A stretch of DNA of 64,000 nucleotides from an uncultured Nitrospinota bacterium (GCA_963707985.1 CAVPRW010000032.1:32001-96000), one strand, 5' to 3'; positions 10,435-22,179 are shown, counted from the stretch's first letter. A program made the numbers and translations. The notes: a model not told the origin generated them from the letters alone.

Positions 10435-11415
10435 ATGGGATCCGGGCAATGGGTCGTCACTACGACCTGCGAATCGGTGCTGACCTGGAACTATGACGTC
10501 TCGCATCAAGGACTCCGTGATCTTTACGAAAAAGCCAAGCAGGAGCAGTGGAACGTCTCGGTCGACGTGGATTGGAGCCCAGCGGTGGACCCTGAGGCTG
10601 AAATCCTGCTCGACCATGAAAATCCACATGTGGCACTGATCCAAGACTCGGCGATCTGGCGCAAGATGACGCCGCAGGAGCGTTCCTCCTTGCGATACGA
10701 GACCCTTGCCTGGAACCTGAGCCAGTTCCTGCATGGCGAGCAGCTGGCGATTTTTGTCGCCGGTCAGCTCGCGGCCGCGGTGCCATGGATCGATGCCAAA
10801 CTCTACGGCAGCACCCAGGTGGTCGATGAGGCACGGCATGCCGAGGTATTTTCGCGCTATCTGCGCGACAAAATCGGCAAGGAATATCCGCTCGCGGATT
10901 CCACCCACGCCATTTTCAAAACCATCCTTACCGAATCCCGCTGGGATTTTAAGTATCTAGGGCTGCAAGTGGTGCTTGAAGGCCTCGCTATGGGGCTGTT
11001 TTCCCGCATGTACAGTGCGGCACAAGAGCCGATCCTGCGACGTGTCCTCAAACTCGTCATGCAAGATGAATCGCGGCATTTTGCCTTTGGCAACTTGTCA
11101 CTGCGGCGGTTCTACGATGATATGCCCGAGCCCGAGCGCCGTGAGCGCGAGGACTTCGCCTATGAAATCTGTGCCTGCATGCGCGGGCGTGTCTTCCCGG
11201 TGGCCGCCTGGGAAACGATCGGCCTGCCCGTCGACGCGTGCATGGCGGCCACGCGCCAGGGGGCGCGTCAAAGCGGGGCGCAGAAATCTGGATTTAACCG
11301 GGTAGTGCCGGCCTTGAAGGCGATCGGTTTGCTGAGTGATCGTATCCGCCCTCACTATGCCAATATGGGCCTCCTCAAGTATGAAGATGCCCCCATCGCG
11401 CCTGACCTTGACTGA
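10435..11415 (+). CDS. Ferritin-like diiron oxygenase (AurF-like family)
   Basis: LYEKAKQEQWN, QFLHGEQ, DEARH, VVLEGLA, QDESRH. AGGAGG RBS. Confidence 0.85.
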   Translation: MGSGQWVVTTTCESVLTWNYDVSHQGLRDLYEKAKQEQWNVSVDVDWSPAVDPEAEILLDHENPHVALIQDSAIWRKMTPQERSSLRYETLAWNLSQFLHGEQLAIFVAGQLAAAVPWIDAKLYGSTQVVDEARHAEVFSRYLRDKIGKEYPLADSTHAIFKTILTESRWDFKYLGLQVVLEGLAMGLFSRMYSAAQEPILRRVLKLVMQDESRHFAFGNLSLRRFYDDMPEPERREREDFAYEICACMRGRVFPVAAWETIGLPVDACMAATRQGARQSGAQKSGFNRVVPALKAIGLLSDRIRPHYANMGLLKYEDAPIAPDLD

Positions 11416-11574
11416 AGCTCTGTAGAATCGTGCGGGCAGGAGGCTCATCTCCCATCCACCGCATTACCCATGCATGTTCATGCTCCCACGCCTGTGACCT
11501 ACCACTGCAGGAGTGCTTGGCGGTGGCGACAGATGAGTCGGGTTTTACGCATCTCCCAGGTTGCATTCCACGCA

Positions 11575-11603
11575 TTGACAGGCACGGGTGTGCCCTTTAG
11601 AAT
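11575..11603 (+). promoter_or_regulatory. Sigma70-type promoter with a palindrome in the spacer
   Basis: TTGACA-17 nt-TAGAAT; spacer contains GGCAC-gggt-GTGCC; lies upstream of the GNAT-oxidoreductase-amidase run. Confidence 0.6.
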
Positions 11604-11731
11604 GAGCCCGACGTTCCCCTCATGGCAAGCGCTCATGCGGCTCATGTCGACTTGAGGAGGCCAGGGCAGACGCTTCCCTCTGCCTCAGGGTGGGGGGACA
11701 CACGCCGGCGATGTGATGAGGGCTCCGCGAT

Positions 11732-12574
11732 ATGCCCCTATATCGTTTCTGCCGCCCGGAAGATATTCCGCTGATTGTGCAGGCCTTAAATACGTGCCAT
11801 GATGTGCACTTCCCCCAACATCCCGCCATGACGGTGGCCCAATTCCGAGAGGAGATGGGCCTGATCAGCCTGTGGCCCAGCAACACCATGGTAGTTCTCG
11901 AAAACAACGATCCCATTGCCGTCATTGTCGGTACCAAGCGCCCCTACGGCTGCTGGATCGCCAAGCTTGGGGTACGCTCGGAGCACCAGCGACAGGGTAT
12001 CGGACGCTACATCGTCGATGCGCTGACACGCAAGTTGTCCATCATCGGCCCACGCGTCATCAGCGTGGATGTGCCGGTGGACAATGAAGGCGCTGCAGCG
12101 TTTTTCAAGCATTTGGGGTTTGAGACGTGGGGACGGTATTGGTCATTCGTCGGTCATCCTCAGACACAGTACCCCGACGATCTGCGCCAGGTTCATCCTA
12201 TAAAGCCTGATGTGGCGCTCAGTCGCTATGAATCCTTTCACCCCATTCCCCAGTGCTGGGAGCGCGATACCTACACGCTGCAGCTCTATGCCGGGCGTCT
12301 CAGCGGATACGCCTTCTGGGAGCAGGACAACATCCGCGGGTATTTGTTGCTGCATCATTCGATCATTATGGACCTCGCCCTTGATCCTCATGCTGATCCT
12401 ATCCGGGTGGGCACGGCGCTGCTGCAACGCGCCGCTGTCGATGTCAAAGAGGCATTGCACATCGACAAGGTGGCGGCGCAAGATCCCGTACGCGCTGCCC
12501 TCGAACAGGCCGGTCTTACCCCACACGAGTCGCATGTACACATGGGCCAGCACATCATTAAAAGAAGTGGATAG
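11732..12574 (+). CDS. GNAT family N-acetyltransferase
   Basis: LGVRSEHQRQGIGRYIV (motif A) and NEGAAAFFKHLGF. Confidence 0.85.
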   Translation: MPLYRFCRPEDIPLIVQALNTCHDVHFPQHPAMTVAQFREEMGLISLWPSNTMVVLENNDPIAVIVGTKRPYGCWIAKLGVRSEHQRQGIGRYIVDALTRKLSIIGPRVISVDVPVDNEGAAAFFKHLGFETWGRYWSFVGHPQTQYPDDLRQVHPIKPDVALSRYESFHPIPQCWERDTYTLQLYAGRLSGYAFWEQDNIRGYLLLHHSIIMDLALDPHADPIRVGTALLQRAAVDVKEALHIDKVAAQDPVRAALEQAGLTPHESHVHMGQHIIKRSG

Positions 12575-12587
12575 GAGGTTTGGGTGC

Positions 12588-15465
12588 ATGAGCACGTTGT
12601 ATGAAGAGCTGCGTCAGGTCATCGACGGAGAGGTCCGCTTCGATCCGTATTCTCGTTCGCTGTACAGCACCGACGCCAGCATGTACCAGATCGAGCCAAT
12701 CGGCGTCGTCATCCCCAGGCACCGAGGGGATGTCGTCGCCACGGTAGACATCGCCCGTCGGCACCAGGTCCCCGTGCTGCCACGCGGTGGCGGTACCAGC
12801 CTTGCCGGGCAGACGGTGGGGCATGCCGTGGTACTGGATTTTTCGAAGTACCTGAACCAGATCCTGGAGGTTAACACCGACGAGGGCTGGGCGCGTGTTC
12901 AACCGGGCGTCATACAGGATGACTTCAATGCGCATTTGCGTCCGCTAGGGTTTCTCTTCGGTCCCGATACCTCCACCAGCAATCGGGCTACCATCGGTGG
13001 TATGACCGGCAATAACTCTGCGGGCTCACACTCGATTGTCTACGGCAAGACGATCGATCACGTCCTGGAGCTGTCGATCGTCCTCTCAGATGCCAGTAGT
13101 ATAGTTCTCAAAGCACTGGATAAAGCCGAGTTGGAGGCGAAGCTCAACGGCGGAACGCTGGAAAACCAGATTTATCGCCAGGTCAAGCGCATCGTGGACG
13201 CCAACCGGGAGACGATCCAGCAGCGCTACCCCACGATCCAGCGGCGCGTCAGCGGCTATAACCTCGATGCCTTCGTGCGTAACGGCGAATTCAACCTGGC
13301 CAAGATGGTGGTCGGCTCCGAGGGTACCCTGGCCGTCGTCACCGAAGCTAAGGTGCGTATCGTGCCGCGCCCCAAAGCCACGGCGGTGTGTGTGGTACAC
13401 TTCGACGATCTCATTGCCTCCACAGAGGCTTCCGAGGAAATTCTCGCCTGTGACCCCTATGCCATCGAGATGATCGACCGCATGGTCATCAGCTTGACGC
13501 GCGATGCCGGGGAGTTGGGACGGTTGATGACCTTCATCGAGGGGGACCCCGAAGCCTTGCTGGTCGCCGAGTTTCGCGGCGATACCCCCGCTGAAGCCCA
13601 GGCCAAAGCGGAACACATGATCGGGCGCCTGCAGGCCAAAGGCCTGGGTTATGCCTATGTGCGCGCCTATACCCCGCCCGAGCAGGGCCGCGTATGGAGG
13701 ATACGCAAAGCCGGGCTCGGCCTACTCATGCGGGTTGAAGGGGAGCGCAAACCAATCGCCTTCGTTGAGGATACCGCCGTCGACCCACTGAAGCTCCCAG
13801 AATTTCTCCGTCGCTTTAAAAAAATCATCGACGATCATGGCACCAGCGCGGGCTATTATGGCCATGTCAGCGTGGGCTGTATGCACATTCGGCCGCTGGT
13901 CAACCTCAAAGAGCAGCATGAAATCGAGCTCATGACCTCTATCGCCAAGGAAATCAGCGACCTGGTGCTGGAGTTCGGTGGCGCCATGAGCGGCGAGCAC
14001 GGCGATGGGCTGGCGCGGAGCCATTTGAATAGAAAATTGTTCGGGCCTCAGCTCTATCGCGCCTTCCAGGACGTCAAGCAGGCCTTCGATCCGCTGAACA
14101 TCATGAATCCGGGCAAGATCGTCGATGCCCCGCCGATGACCGAGAATTTGCGCTATGGCACCGAGTATCGGACCCTCGAGCTCAAGACGCACTTCAGCTT
14201 TGAGAAAGAAGGCGGGTTTGCCAGCGCCGTCGAGCGCTGCATCGGGGTCGGCGAGTGTCGCAAGAAACTCGATGGCACGATGTGTCCCTCGTACATGGTG
14301 ACCCTGGAGGAAGAGCATTCCACCCGTGGACGGGCCAACGCGCTGCGTGAGGCGCTTTCGGGCCGACTTCCCAAGGAGGAGTTGACCAGCCCACGCATGT
14401 ACGAAGTGCTGGATCTGTGCCTGGAGTGCAAGGGCTGTAAGGGTGAGTGTCCGATCAACGTCGATATGGCCAAGCTCAAGTATGAGTTCCTGGCGCATTA
14501 CCACGAAGCCCATGGCACCCCCCTGCGGGCCCGATTGTTCGCCAACATCGAACTGCCTGAATCAGATCGGCTGTGCACTGGCACCGTTGTCCACGACCAT
14601 CGCGAACCTGGGTGTGTCGCGCTGGATGCTGGAAAAAATCGTCGGTATCGACCGCCGGCGCTCGTTACCGCCCTTTGCACGTCAGACGTTCGACCGCTGG
14701 TTCCGCAAGCGCAGGCCGACCGTGGCGGCCACCTCCGAGCGCAAGGTGATCCTGTTCCACGATACGTTCATGAACTATAACTATCCGGAGATCGGCAAAG
14801 CCGCCGTCGCCGTTCTGGAACGCGCCGGCTATGAGGTGATGCTGGTGGAGAAACGCTGCTGTGGGCGGCCGATGATCTCCAAAGGCATGCTGGAGGAGGC
14901 TCGTGCCAACGCCATCTACAATGTGAATGTGCTGGCGCCCTATGCGGAACAGGGCATCCCGATCATCGGCTGCGAGCCCTCGTGCATCCTAACGCTGCGC
15001 GATGAATACCCTGATCTCGTGTCCGATAAACGGGTCGAGACCGTGGCTGCCAACAGCTTCATGATTGAAGAATTCTTGGCCACCCTGCACGCCCGCGGCG
15101 AGCTGCATCTGGCCTTTAAGGACACAAAGCGCAAGCTCCTGCTGCACGGGCACTGTCACCAGAAGGCGTTGATCGGCACCGGCCCATCGCTCACGGTCCT
15201 GCGATTGCCTCAGGGCTTCGAGGTCGAAGAAGTGGATTCAGGCTGCTGTGGCATGGCGGGATCGTTCGGGTTCGAGCAAGAGCATTACGACCTGTCGCGG
15301 GCCATTGGCTCACGCCGCTTGTTCCCGGCGGTGCAGGCCAAGCAACAGGCGACCAACGGCGACTTCGACGTGGTCGCCGCGGGTGTGTCTTGCCGTCAGC
15401 AGGTCGAGCACTTCACCGGCAAACGCCCCAAGCATCTGGTCGAGGTGCTGGCAGAGGCATTGTGA
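12588..15465 (+). CDS. FAD-binding/(Fe-S)-binding oxidoreductase (GlcD-GlcF fusion, YdiJ-like), one frameshift near 14555
   Basis: PRGGGTSLAGQ, GEHGDG, CIGVGEC, CLECKGCKGEC, then CCG domains (CCGRP, GHCHQK, GCCGMAGSFG) in the second frame. Confidence 0.92.
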
Positions 15466-15501
15466 TCATCGAACGACCGCGGCACTGTTAAGGAGTAGTC
15501 T

Positions 15502-16908
15502 ATGTCAGACGCCGACCTCTGTTATCTGTCAGCCACAGACCTTGCCGTCGTTATTCGCACGAAGCAGGTATCGCCGGTGGAAGTCGTAGACGTTGTTCTG
15601 GCGCGCATCGAGCAACTCAATCCGCGGCTGAACGCCTTTTGCCTGGTGACTGCCGATGCAGCTCGTCAGGCCGCCCAGGCTGCCGAACACGCGGTGATGC
15701 ATGGGGAACCTCTAGGACCGCTGCATGGCGTGCCGGTGTCGATCAAAGACCTGGTGCTGACCAAGGGCATGCGGACGATGCGGGGCTCGAAACTATACGA
15801 ACATGACGTTCCCACCGAAGATGCGCCAGTGGTCGAACGTCTGAAGACTGCTGGGGCTATCGTCCTGGGCAAGACTACCACGCCTGAGTTTGGCTTCAAA
15901 GGCGTGACCGATAGCCCGGTGACCGGCATCACACGCAATCCGTGGCACCCCGAACGGACCCCAGGCGGCTCCAGCGGCGGTGCAGGGGTGGCTGTGGCCA
16001 CTGGCATGGGCCCCTTGGCAGTGGGGACCGATGGCGGCGGGTCGATTCGGATTCCGAGCAGCTTCTGCGGCATCTACGGCTTGAAACCGCATCTGGGCCG
16101 CGTGCCAGTCTATCCGGCCAGTACCATTGGCGATATCTCGCATGTGGGTCCGATGACGCGAACGGTGCGGGATGCGGCCTTGATGCTGAACGCAATCGCT
16201 GGGGCCGACGATCGGGACCGCTTGTCTTTGCCCACCAGCCATCCCGACTATGTGCAGGCCATCGAGGGAGATATTGATGGGCTACGGATAGCCTGGAGCG
16301 CTGACCTGGGGTTTGCGGTCGTCGATCCGCAGGTCAAACAGATCACCGCCGCAGCAGTCGCAGCGTTCTCCGAATTCGGTTGCCATGTTGAGGAGATCAA
16401 CCTCCGCTTTGACAACCCGGGAGAATTCTTCCAGTACTTTTTTTATGTAAATATTGCCACCATGCTGCAGGACTATCCAGGCTATGAGCGCCAGATCGAT
16501 CCGCAATTGCTGGCCAACATCGCCGAGATGAAGGGCGTCTCAGGCCAAGACTATGCGCGCGTGATGCTGCGCCGCAGCGCTATCTTTGATAAGATTCAAC
16601 GTCTCTTCGCCACCTACGATGTGCTCCTCTGTCCCACGGTGGCCGTACCGCCCTTTGAGGTGGGTATCGAAGGGCCAACGCAAATCGCCGGTCAAGTGGT
16701 TGACCGCAGGACCTGGATTGCCATGACGCCCCTGTTTAATCTCACTGGGCAACCAGCGGCAACGGTGCCTTGCGGTTTCACCAAGGAGGGCTTGCCAATC
16801 GGCTTGCAGATCGTCGGCCGCCGCTTCGACGAGGTTACGGTGCTTCGCGCCTCCGCCGCTTTCGAAGCTGCACGGCCCTGGGCTCAGACCCGCCCCCCAG
16901 TGAGTTAG
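15502..16908 (+). CDS. Amidase signature family protein
   Basis: GVPVSIKD, TPGGSSGG, GTDGGGSIRIP. Confidence 0.95.
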   Translation: MSDADLCYLSATDLAVVIRTKQVSPVEVVDVVLARIEQLNPRLNAFCLVTADAARQAAQAAEHAVMHGEPLGPLHGVPVSIKDLVLTKGMRTMRGSKLYEHDVPTEDAPVVERLKTAGAIVLGKTTTPEFGFKGVTDSPVTGITRNPWHPERTPGGSSGGAGVAVATGMGPLAVGTDGGGSIRIPSSFCGIYGLKPHLGRVPVYPASTIGDISHVGPMTRTVRDAALMLNAIAGADDRDRLSLPTSHPDYVQAIEGDIDGLRIAWSADLGFAVVDPQVKQITAAAVAAFSEFGCHVEEINLRFDNPGEFFQYFFYVNIATMLQDYPGYERQIDPQLLANIAEMKGVSGQDYARVMLRRSAIFDKIQRLFATYDVLLCPTVAVPPFEVGIEGPTQIAGQVVDRRTWIAMTPLFNLTGQPAATVPCGFTKEGLPIGLQIVGRRFDEVTVLRASAAFEAARPWAQTRPPVS

Positions 16909-16969
16909 GGGGCCCTGGAAGATGTAGCCTCACCACAGTGCGATCGGCGCGACATGAGCCTTCAAACAT

Positions 16970-17887
16970 TCACGCGCGCGGGGCGAACGGATGACGCGCC
17001 AACCAATGGCGGGCAATCTCTTCCCGACGACAGATCCACACGCCGTCATAGGCCAGCATATAGTCCAGCAATCGTTCCAGTCCGACTGATCGACCAGGAT
17101 GCCCGCTCACACGCATATGCAGTCCCACTGACATCATCTTAGGCTGACGAGCCCCCTCCCGATAGAGCACGTCGAAGCTATCCTTGGCGAATATATAAAA
17201 ATCATCAGCAGTCGCAAAGACGCCACGACCGAACTTCGAGTCATTCACTGCCAGGCTATATGGAATCACCAGATGTGGGCGATCACTGACCTCGACCCAG
17301 TATGGGAGCTCGTCGTTATAGGCATCGGAATCGTACAGAAACCCTCCTTCTTCGACGATGAGCCGGCGCGTATTCACGCTTGGCCCATAACGACAATACC
17401 ATCCGAGCGGCCGCTTGCCAACCGTGGTTTGTAATGAGGCAACCGCTTTGCGAATATGCTCCCGTTCCTCGGCTTCCTCCATGTTGTAGTACTGCACCCA
17501 CCGCCACCCGTGGCAGCACACGTCATATCCGGACTCGGCGATGGTGCGGGCAGCCAACGGATGGCGTTCCAGGGCTAAAGCGCACCCGAATACGGTCAGC
17601 GGCAACTGACGCTCCTGAAAGAGCCGAACGATGCGCCAGAAGCCGACACGGCTGCCATATTCGAACATCGATTCGGCGGCAAGATCGCGTCCCCTGACCC
17701 CTTGACTTTGCCCGGCCGACTCGGTTAGCCCCGCCTCCGACTGGCCATCTCCATCGACAAAGGATGGCTCTGAGCCCTCCTCATAATTCAGCACGAAATT
17801 CACGGCCAGCCGTGCCCCATTGGGCCATTGCGGGTCAGGAGGATTGGGACCATAGCCGATCAGATCGCGAGTGTAGAATGGTGTCAT
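16970..17887 (-). CDS. puuE: PuuE-type allantoinase / urate-catabolism polysaccharide deacetylase
   Basis: RDLIGYG...WPNGARLAVNFVLNYEEG, ESMFEYGSRVGFWR, HGWRW, YDSDAYNDELPYW, SVGLHMR. Confidence 0.85.
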   Translation of the reverse strand: MTPFYTRDLIGYGPNPPDPQWPNGARLAVNFVLNYEEGSEPSFVDGDGQSEAGLTESAGQSQGVRGRDLAAESMFEYGSRVGFWRIVRLFQERQLPLTVFGCALALERHPLAARTIAESGYDVCCHGWRWVQYYNMEEAEEREHIRKAVASLQTTVGKRPLGWYCRYGPSVNTRRLIVEEGGFLYDSDAYNDELPYWVEVSDRPHLVIPYSLAVNDSKFGRGVFATADDFYIFAKDSFDVLYREGARQPKMMSVGLHMRVSGHPGRSVGLERLLDYMLAYDGVWICRREEIARHWLARHPFAPRA

Positions 17888-18631
17888 CTTTCGTCTCACT
17901 CCAGAGCAGAAATCATGGGAAGCTTGATGAATGCCTATCGAGCTCAAGGACACGACATCTTCTCATCGCGTTCATTATAACTGAAATGCCGGTGCACCCC
18001 TAGCTGATGCGCGATTGCTGCGCCCATCTATATCCATTCCGATCCGACCGGGCGCACAGATGTCATAAAGGTGGGATGGAAAACCGACAAGACGCGCCTG
18101 CGGCGCAGTCTGGCGAACTTTCCTCAACGGCGGCAGCATATTCGACACGCACTGCTCAAAGCCCAAGTTGCACAGCTCAACCAAGCCCTGCGTGACCACT
18201 ACGCCTGAGATTCGGCCGGCCAATTCTTGGCTCAGACATGCTCACGAATGACGGGTTGGAAATTCACGCCCGTGCGATCATCCGGTTTTCCACGCGGGTT
18301 CGCCGCTTCGACCTCATGGAGGTGCGCATGGTGACGATACTCTGCCATGATGCTCTTGATGGTGATTTCTCCAATATCCAAACCTTGGGCCGTGCGCCGG
18401 CACGTTCCTTGTCATCCATCATCAGAGAGGGTATACTCGCCCTCGCCCAAGTGTCAATGGAAACAATGATGTGCATCCATGGCGACAATCAAGGTCGACG
18501 CCTAGCGGTTCCTGCATGAGGCTCAGGCCGTGGTGGATGTCAGGCGACCGTTCATACGGGACCATGGAGCCTTAAACCAGTGAGAGAGGCGGCATCCCCT
18601 GTCGTGGTGGAGAGGAAGAGGAGGGGCTCTA

Positions 18632-19693
18632 ATGCATATTGGACTCATGATGGAATGTGACTACCGATCAGGTAAGACGCAGGAAGAGGCTTTTGACGAA
18701 GCCTTCTCCACCGCCGCACATGCCGAGGAGTGGGGCTTCGATGGAGTCTGGTTGGCCGAACGTCACTTTGCACCCCCTGAAAGTGGGCGAGCCATCCCGT
18801 CAGTCGTGGCGTCCCCATTGATCATGGCCACCGCGATTGCCGCTAGAACGACCCGCATCCGGGTGGGGACTGCGGTGCTGGTGGTGCCTCTCGGCCATCC
18901 TGTGCGCATGGCAGAGGAGATCGCGACCCTGGATCACGTCAGCCAGGGGCGCCTGAACATGGGTATTGGCCGGAGCGGCTTTCCCTGGGCCTACGAGGGC
19001 TACAACATCTCCTACGCCGAGAGCCGGGAACGCTTTCGGGAATTCTTCGACGTGATGAAGCTGGCGTGGACCGAAGAGCGTTTCTCCTACGAGGGGAAGT
19101 ACTATACCTTTAAGGATGTGTGCCTGATCCCCAAACCGTATCAGAAACCTTATCCTCCCTTGCGGTATGCCTCCACCACGAGGGATAGCTTTGCCGCCAT
19201 GGGACGGTTGGGGATGCCCATTTTTGCGGGTGCAGGTGGAGTGACGGTATCTGACCTGGCGCGCTCCATTGGCGAGTATCGGGGGGCCTGGCGCGAGGCT
19301 GGCCATCCAGGCGACGGCGACGTGATGCTGCGGGTGGGCATTTACGTGGCTGAGGATCAGGAGCGGGCGCTCTCTGAGCCGCGAGAAAGTACAATGAGCT
19401 TTTACGGCCGCGTGCGAGAGGGTTTACTGCAAACGGCTGGCGCGTTTGGCGGTGAATTGCGTGCTCAACGGGCCCAAAACCTGACCAGCCTGACCTATGA
19501 GTCCGCACTCCGGGATCGCCTGGTCTACGGGACGCCGGACACCGTGGCCAAGCGGTTGAGAGAGGTACAAGATGAGCTGGGGCTTTCGGGAGTGCTCATG
19601 GAGCCCAACGTCGGTGGCTTGATCAGCTCAGATCGCCTCGAACATTCGATACGCCTCTTCGGGCAGGAGGTGGCCCCCCAATTGCGATCCTGA
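18632..19693 (+). CDS. LLM-class flavin-dependent oxidoreductase
   Basis: GFDGVWLAERHF, HPVRMAEEIATLDHVSQGRL, PKPYQKPYPP. Confidence 0.93.
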   Translation: MHIGLMMECDYRSGKTQEEAFDEAFSTAAHAEEWGFDGVWLAERHFAPPESGRAIPSVVASPLIMATAIAARTTRIRVGTAVLVVPLGHPVRMAEEIATLDHVSQGRLNMGIGRSGFPWAYEGYNISYAESRERFREFFDVMKLAWTEERFSYEGKYYTFKDVCLIPKPYQKPYPPLRYASTTRDSFAAMGRLGMPIFAGAGGVTVSDLARSIGEYRGAWREAGHPGDGDVMLRVGIYVAEDQERALSEPRESTMSFYGRVREGLLQTAGAFGGELRAQRAQNLTSLTYESALRDRLVYGTPDTVAKRLREVQDELGLSGVLMEPNVGGLISSDRLEHSIRLFGQEVAPQLRS

Positions 19694-19872
19694 GCCGTCC
19701 ATCGATGACGTGACCCGCCGGGGCCAATCATGCCTGTGCCTTGGCCCCGGCGGTTTATCTCAGGGCAAGGAGTGGAGCGCTCGCCCCCATAGAGAGGTAC
19801 CCGTGGCTACAGCTGTCCAGCACACTACCTCCCGGCACCATCACCGCCTTCCGGCGTCCGTCCCAGACCCAT

Positions 19873-21519
19873 TCAGTTCTGTCGATCCTCAAAAATGCCA
19901 ATAGCTGATGACATGAACGGGCGCGCAACTGGCTGATCGCCGTCCCGAAGGAAGATTTTCTTACACGCCTCGCAGAATGAGCTCAACGCCTCCCGGTCGA
20001 CTTGCTGGTTCGTGGCCACTTGCTGGATGCGCTCGGACGACAGGAGCGCCACGTCACCTACCGTCCTGACACCCTCGTGATTGAGCTTCGTCCACGTTTC
20101 CTGCCCGAGTCTCGCCAGGAGGTCATGTTCTTGCAATCGCTTTTGCAGGCCGACTAAAAAAGCTTCCCCCAGCCCGGTCTGAAGCGCCATCGTCTTTAAC
20201 TCATCCTTGGACAGGGCTCGCAGCTGGTCCAGGTATTTTAAGTGGGCCTTCTGCAGCTTTACGTCTTCCTCCATATGCAGGGTAAATTCCCGCGCGATTT
20301 CGCTGGGCTCATAACGGGAGGTGGCCCTCCACTGTCCGAGCAGCTCGTTGCCCTTCTCTGCCAGCGTTTGTAACGCCAGCACGACGAGGAAGCCGCTAAA
20401 AAACGCCGCCGTGGCCTGAGACCCAAGCTTGCTGAGGTCAATCATCTGTAACGTCCCACCGAGGAGCAGCACCATCACAATCGCCACATAGGGGCCAAGG
20501 ACGAGGCGCAGAGCGAATTCCCGATAATCAGGTGCATTTTGGGCCCCTGTCCGGAAAAAGTCGATGACGAACAGCATGGCCCCAATGAAACCGAAGATCG
20601 GGACAGAGAGGGCAAACGACAACGTAGGGTGAAAGAAGTGCAGTCCAGAGCCCTCTCGACTCTGCAGCAGAAACCACAAGGCAGCGAACGTCACTCCCCA
20701 CAGGACGAGACTCGCCAACATGAGGGCAGGGTCACCGATCCGACGCTGCCTGTCGGGGTCCTCCCTCCATCGCATATTCATATACGCCAGCAAGCCAAGG
20801 ACCGTCACGCCCGGGATCAGCAGGATGAGGGCAGAGGGAAACGACGCAAACCGTAACGTTGGTGAGATGTCGCTCCCGGGCATTAGGAAGCGCTCGACCC
20901 CGCCCAGCCCCAAGCCATCATAGCTGTACGTCACTTCGGCCGGTCCGGCCTTGACATCAGTAAACGTGACCCTGCCATCCTCAGGATCAGGACGTGCGCT
21001 GCGGATGACATCGTTTGATTGGTGCACCAGAACCAAGATTTTGCGGGGGTCCCAGTCAGCGGGAACCTGAACCCAACCATCCAGCTGCGGTATGGTCACA
21101 AATTTCAAGGTGAAGATAATCTGCGCGTCACTGCCGATCGGGACGGTCCGTTCGTCCATCTCGTACATCTCGTCACCACCTACCCAGCAAATGATCTTAT
21201 CAACGGCACCATGAGAAATGGGCAGCTCAAACTTCCCATCTTTGCGCGAAGAGGTTTCTCCCAATATCACTGTTGGTAGCCGGATTATGGTCGCCGGCCA
21301 GTCTTCGAGGTTGGTGCAGCGCACAAGTGCACCCTTCTGAGGTCGCGACTTTTCATCGACCACAGTTCCTCTGATCATTGTGGTGGAGCCCTGCTTGTTC
21401 ACCTCCTGCTCACTCGCCACTAGGCTATGGTGGCCCCCAATGGCCAGCAGCAAAGCCAAGAGGACGATGACGCGGGTCACGCAACCTCTTCTCCAGTCGA
21501 TGGTGAATGCGGTCCTCAT
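19873..21519 (-). CDS. Hypothetical multi-domain membrane protein (signal peptide, beta-sandwich region, about 5 TM helices, C-terminal helical repeats)
   Basis: 548-aa ORF with GGAGG upstream; hydrophobic N-terminus, IRGTVVDE...KGALV, hydrophobic helices in the middle. Confidence 0.75.
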   Translation of the reverse strand: MRTAFTIDWRRGCVTRVIVLLALLLAIGGHHSLVASEQEVNKQGSTTMIRGTVVDEKSRPQKGALVRCTNLEDWPATIIRLPTVILGETSSRKDGKFELPISHGAVDKIICWVGGDEMYEMDERTVPIGSDAQIIFTLKFVTIPQLDGWVQVPADWDPRKILVLVHQSNDVIRSARPDPEDGRVTFTDVKAGPAEVTYSYDGLGLGGVERFLMPGSDISPTLRFASFPSALILLIPGVTVLGLLAYMNMRWREDPDRQRRIGDPALMLASLVLWGVTFAALWFLLQSREGSGLHFFHPTLSFALSVPIFGFIGAMLFVIDFFRTGAQNAPDYREFALRLVLGPYVAIVMVLLLGGTLQMIDLSKLGSQATAAFFSGFLVVLALQTLAEKGNELLGQWRATSRYEPSEIAREFTLHMEEDVKLQKAHLKYLDQLRALSKDELKTMALQTGLGEAFLVGLQKRLQEHDLLARLGQETWTKLNHEGVRTVGDVALLSSERIQQVATNQQVDREALSSFCEACKKIFLRDGDQPVARPFMSSAIGIFEDRQN

Positions 21520-22179
21520 CTGCTGCCCCCTCCTCCTGCTAGGTCCTCTATCAGCCTGTCACGGTCTTCCTGCATTGGGACGCTCCGGGTGTGGATGGTG
21601 CTTTCCGTTCATTTACCTGCTCCTGTCCAGAGCAAGGTCTATACCGGAAACGGGTGCTAGCCTAAGACTTGAGGAATAGCCTGGGCCGGAGGCACCGCTA
21701 GAGCGGATGTTAGCCTTGAGCAAGTGCTCAGAATTGCGCGGTTACGGCCTGTCAGTCGCGTGGAACGTGGGAACCCCCAGGAAAGGCACGGTTTCGCGGT
21801 GCTGTGCGGAAATGCACAAGAATGATCAATTCAAGACATCGGTCTCGTGGTTTACCATGATGTCCAGCCTGGCATTTTCTGGTTTTGTTGCAAGAATACC
21901 GGTGATCTACTACAAACCACCCCGACGGAATGTATAGACTGTGTGATTCCCCTCACGGAGAACCACCGACGCCGCACCCTGCACGTATGGGTACAACATG
22001 AGATTGATGACCGTCCTTGGATGTCCTTAGGACCAGGTATCCCACAGCCGCCTACACCGTGCAAGAAGTAGAAGCCGAGTCATAAGCGTGGTGGGTATTG
22101 ATCATCTGAGCGCACTGGAGCGGAGTGATCAGCTAGGCTCGGTACCGCCGCACGCACGGCACAGCGTTGGCGGCCCCTC

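Noticed and set aside
17950..18600. Short ORFs between puuE and the LLM
   Set aside because: No recognisable family or convincing start; possibly gene debris, not called.
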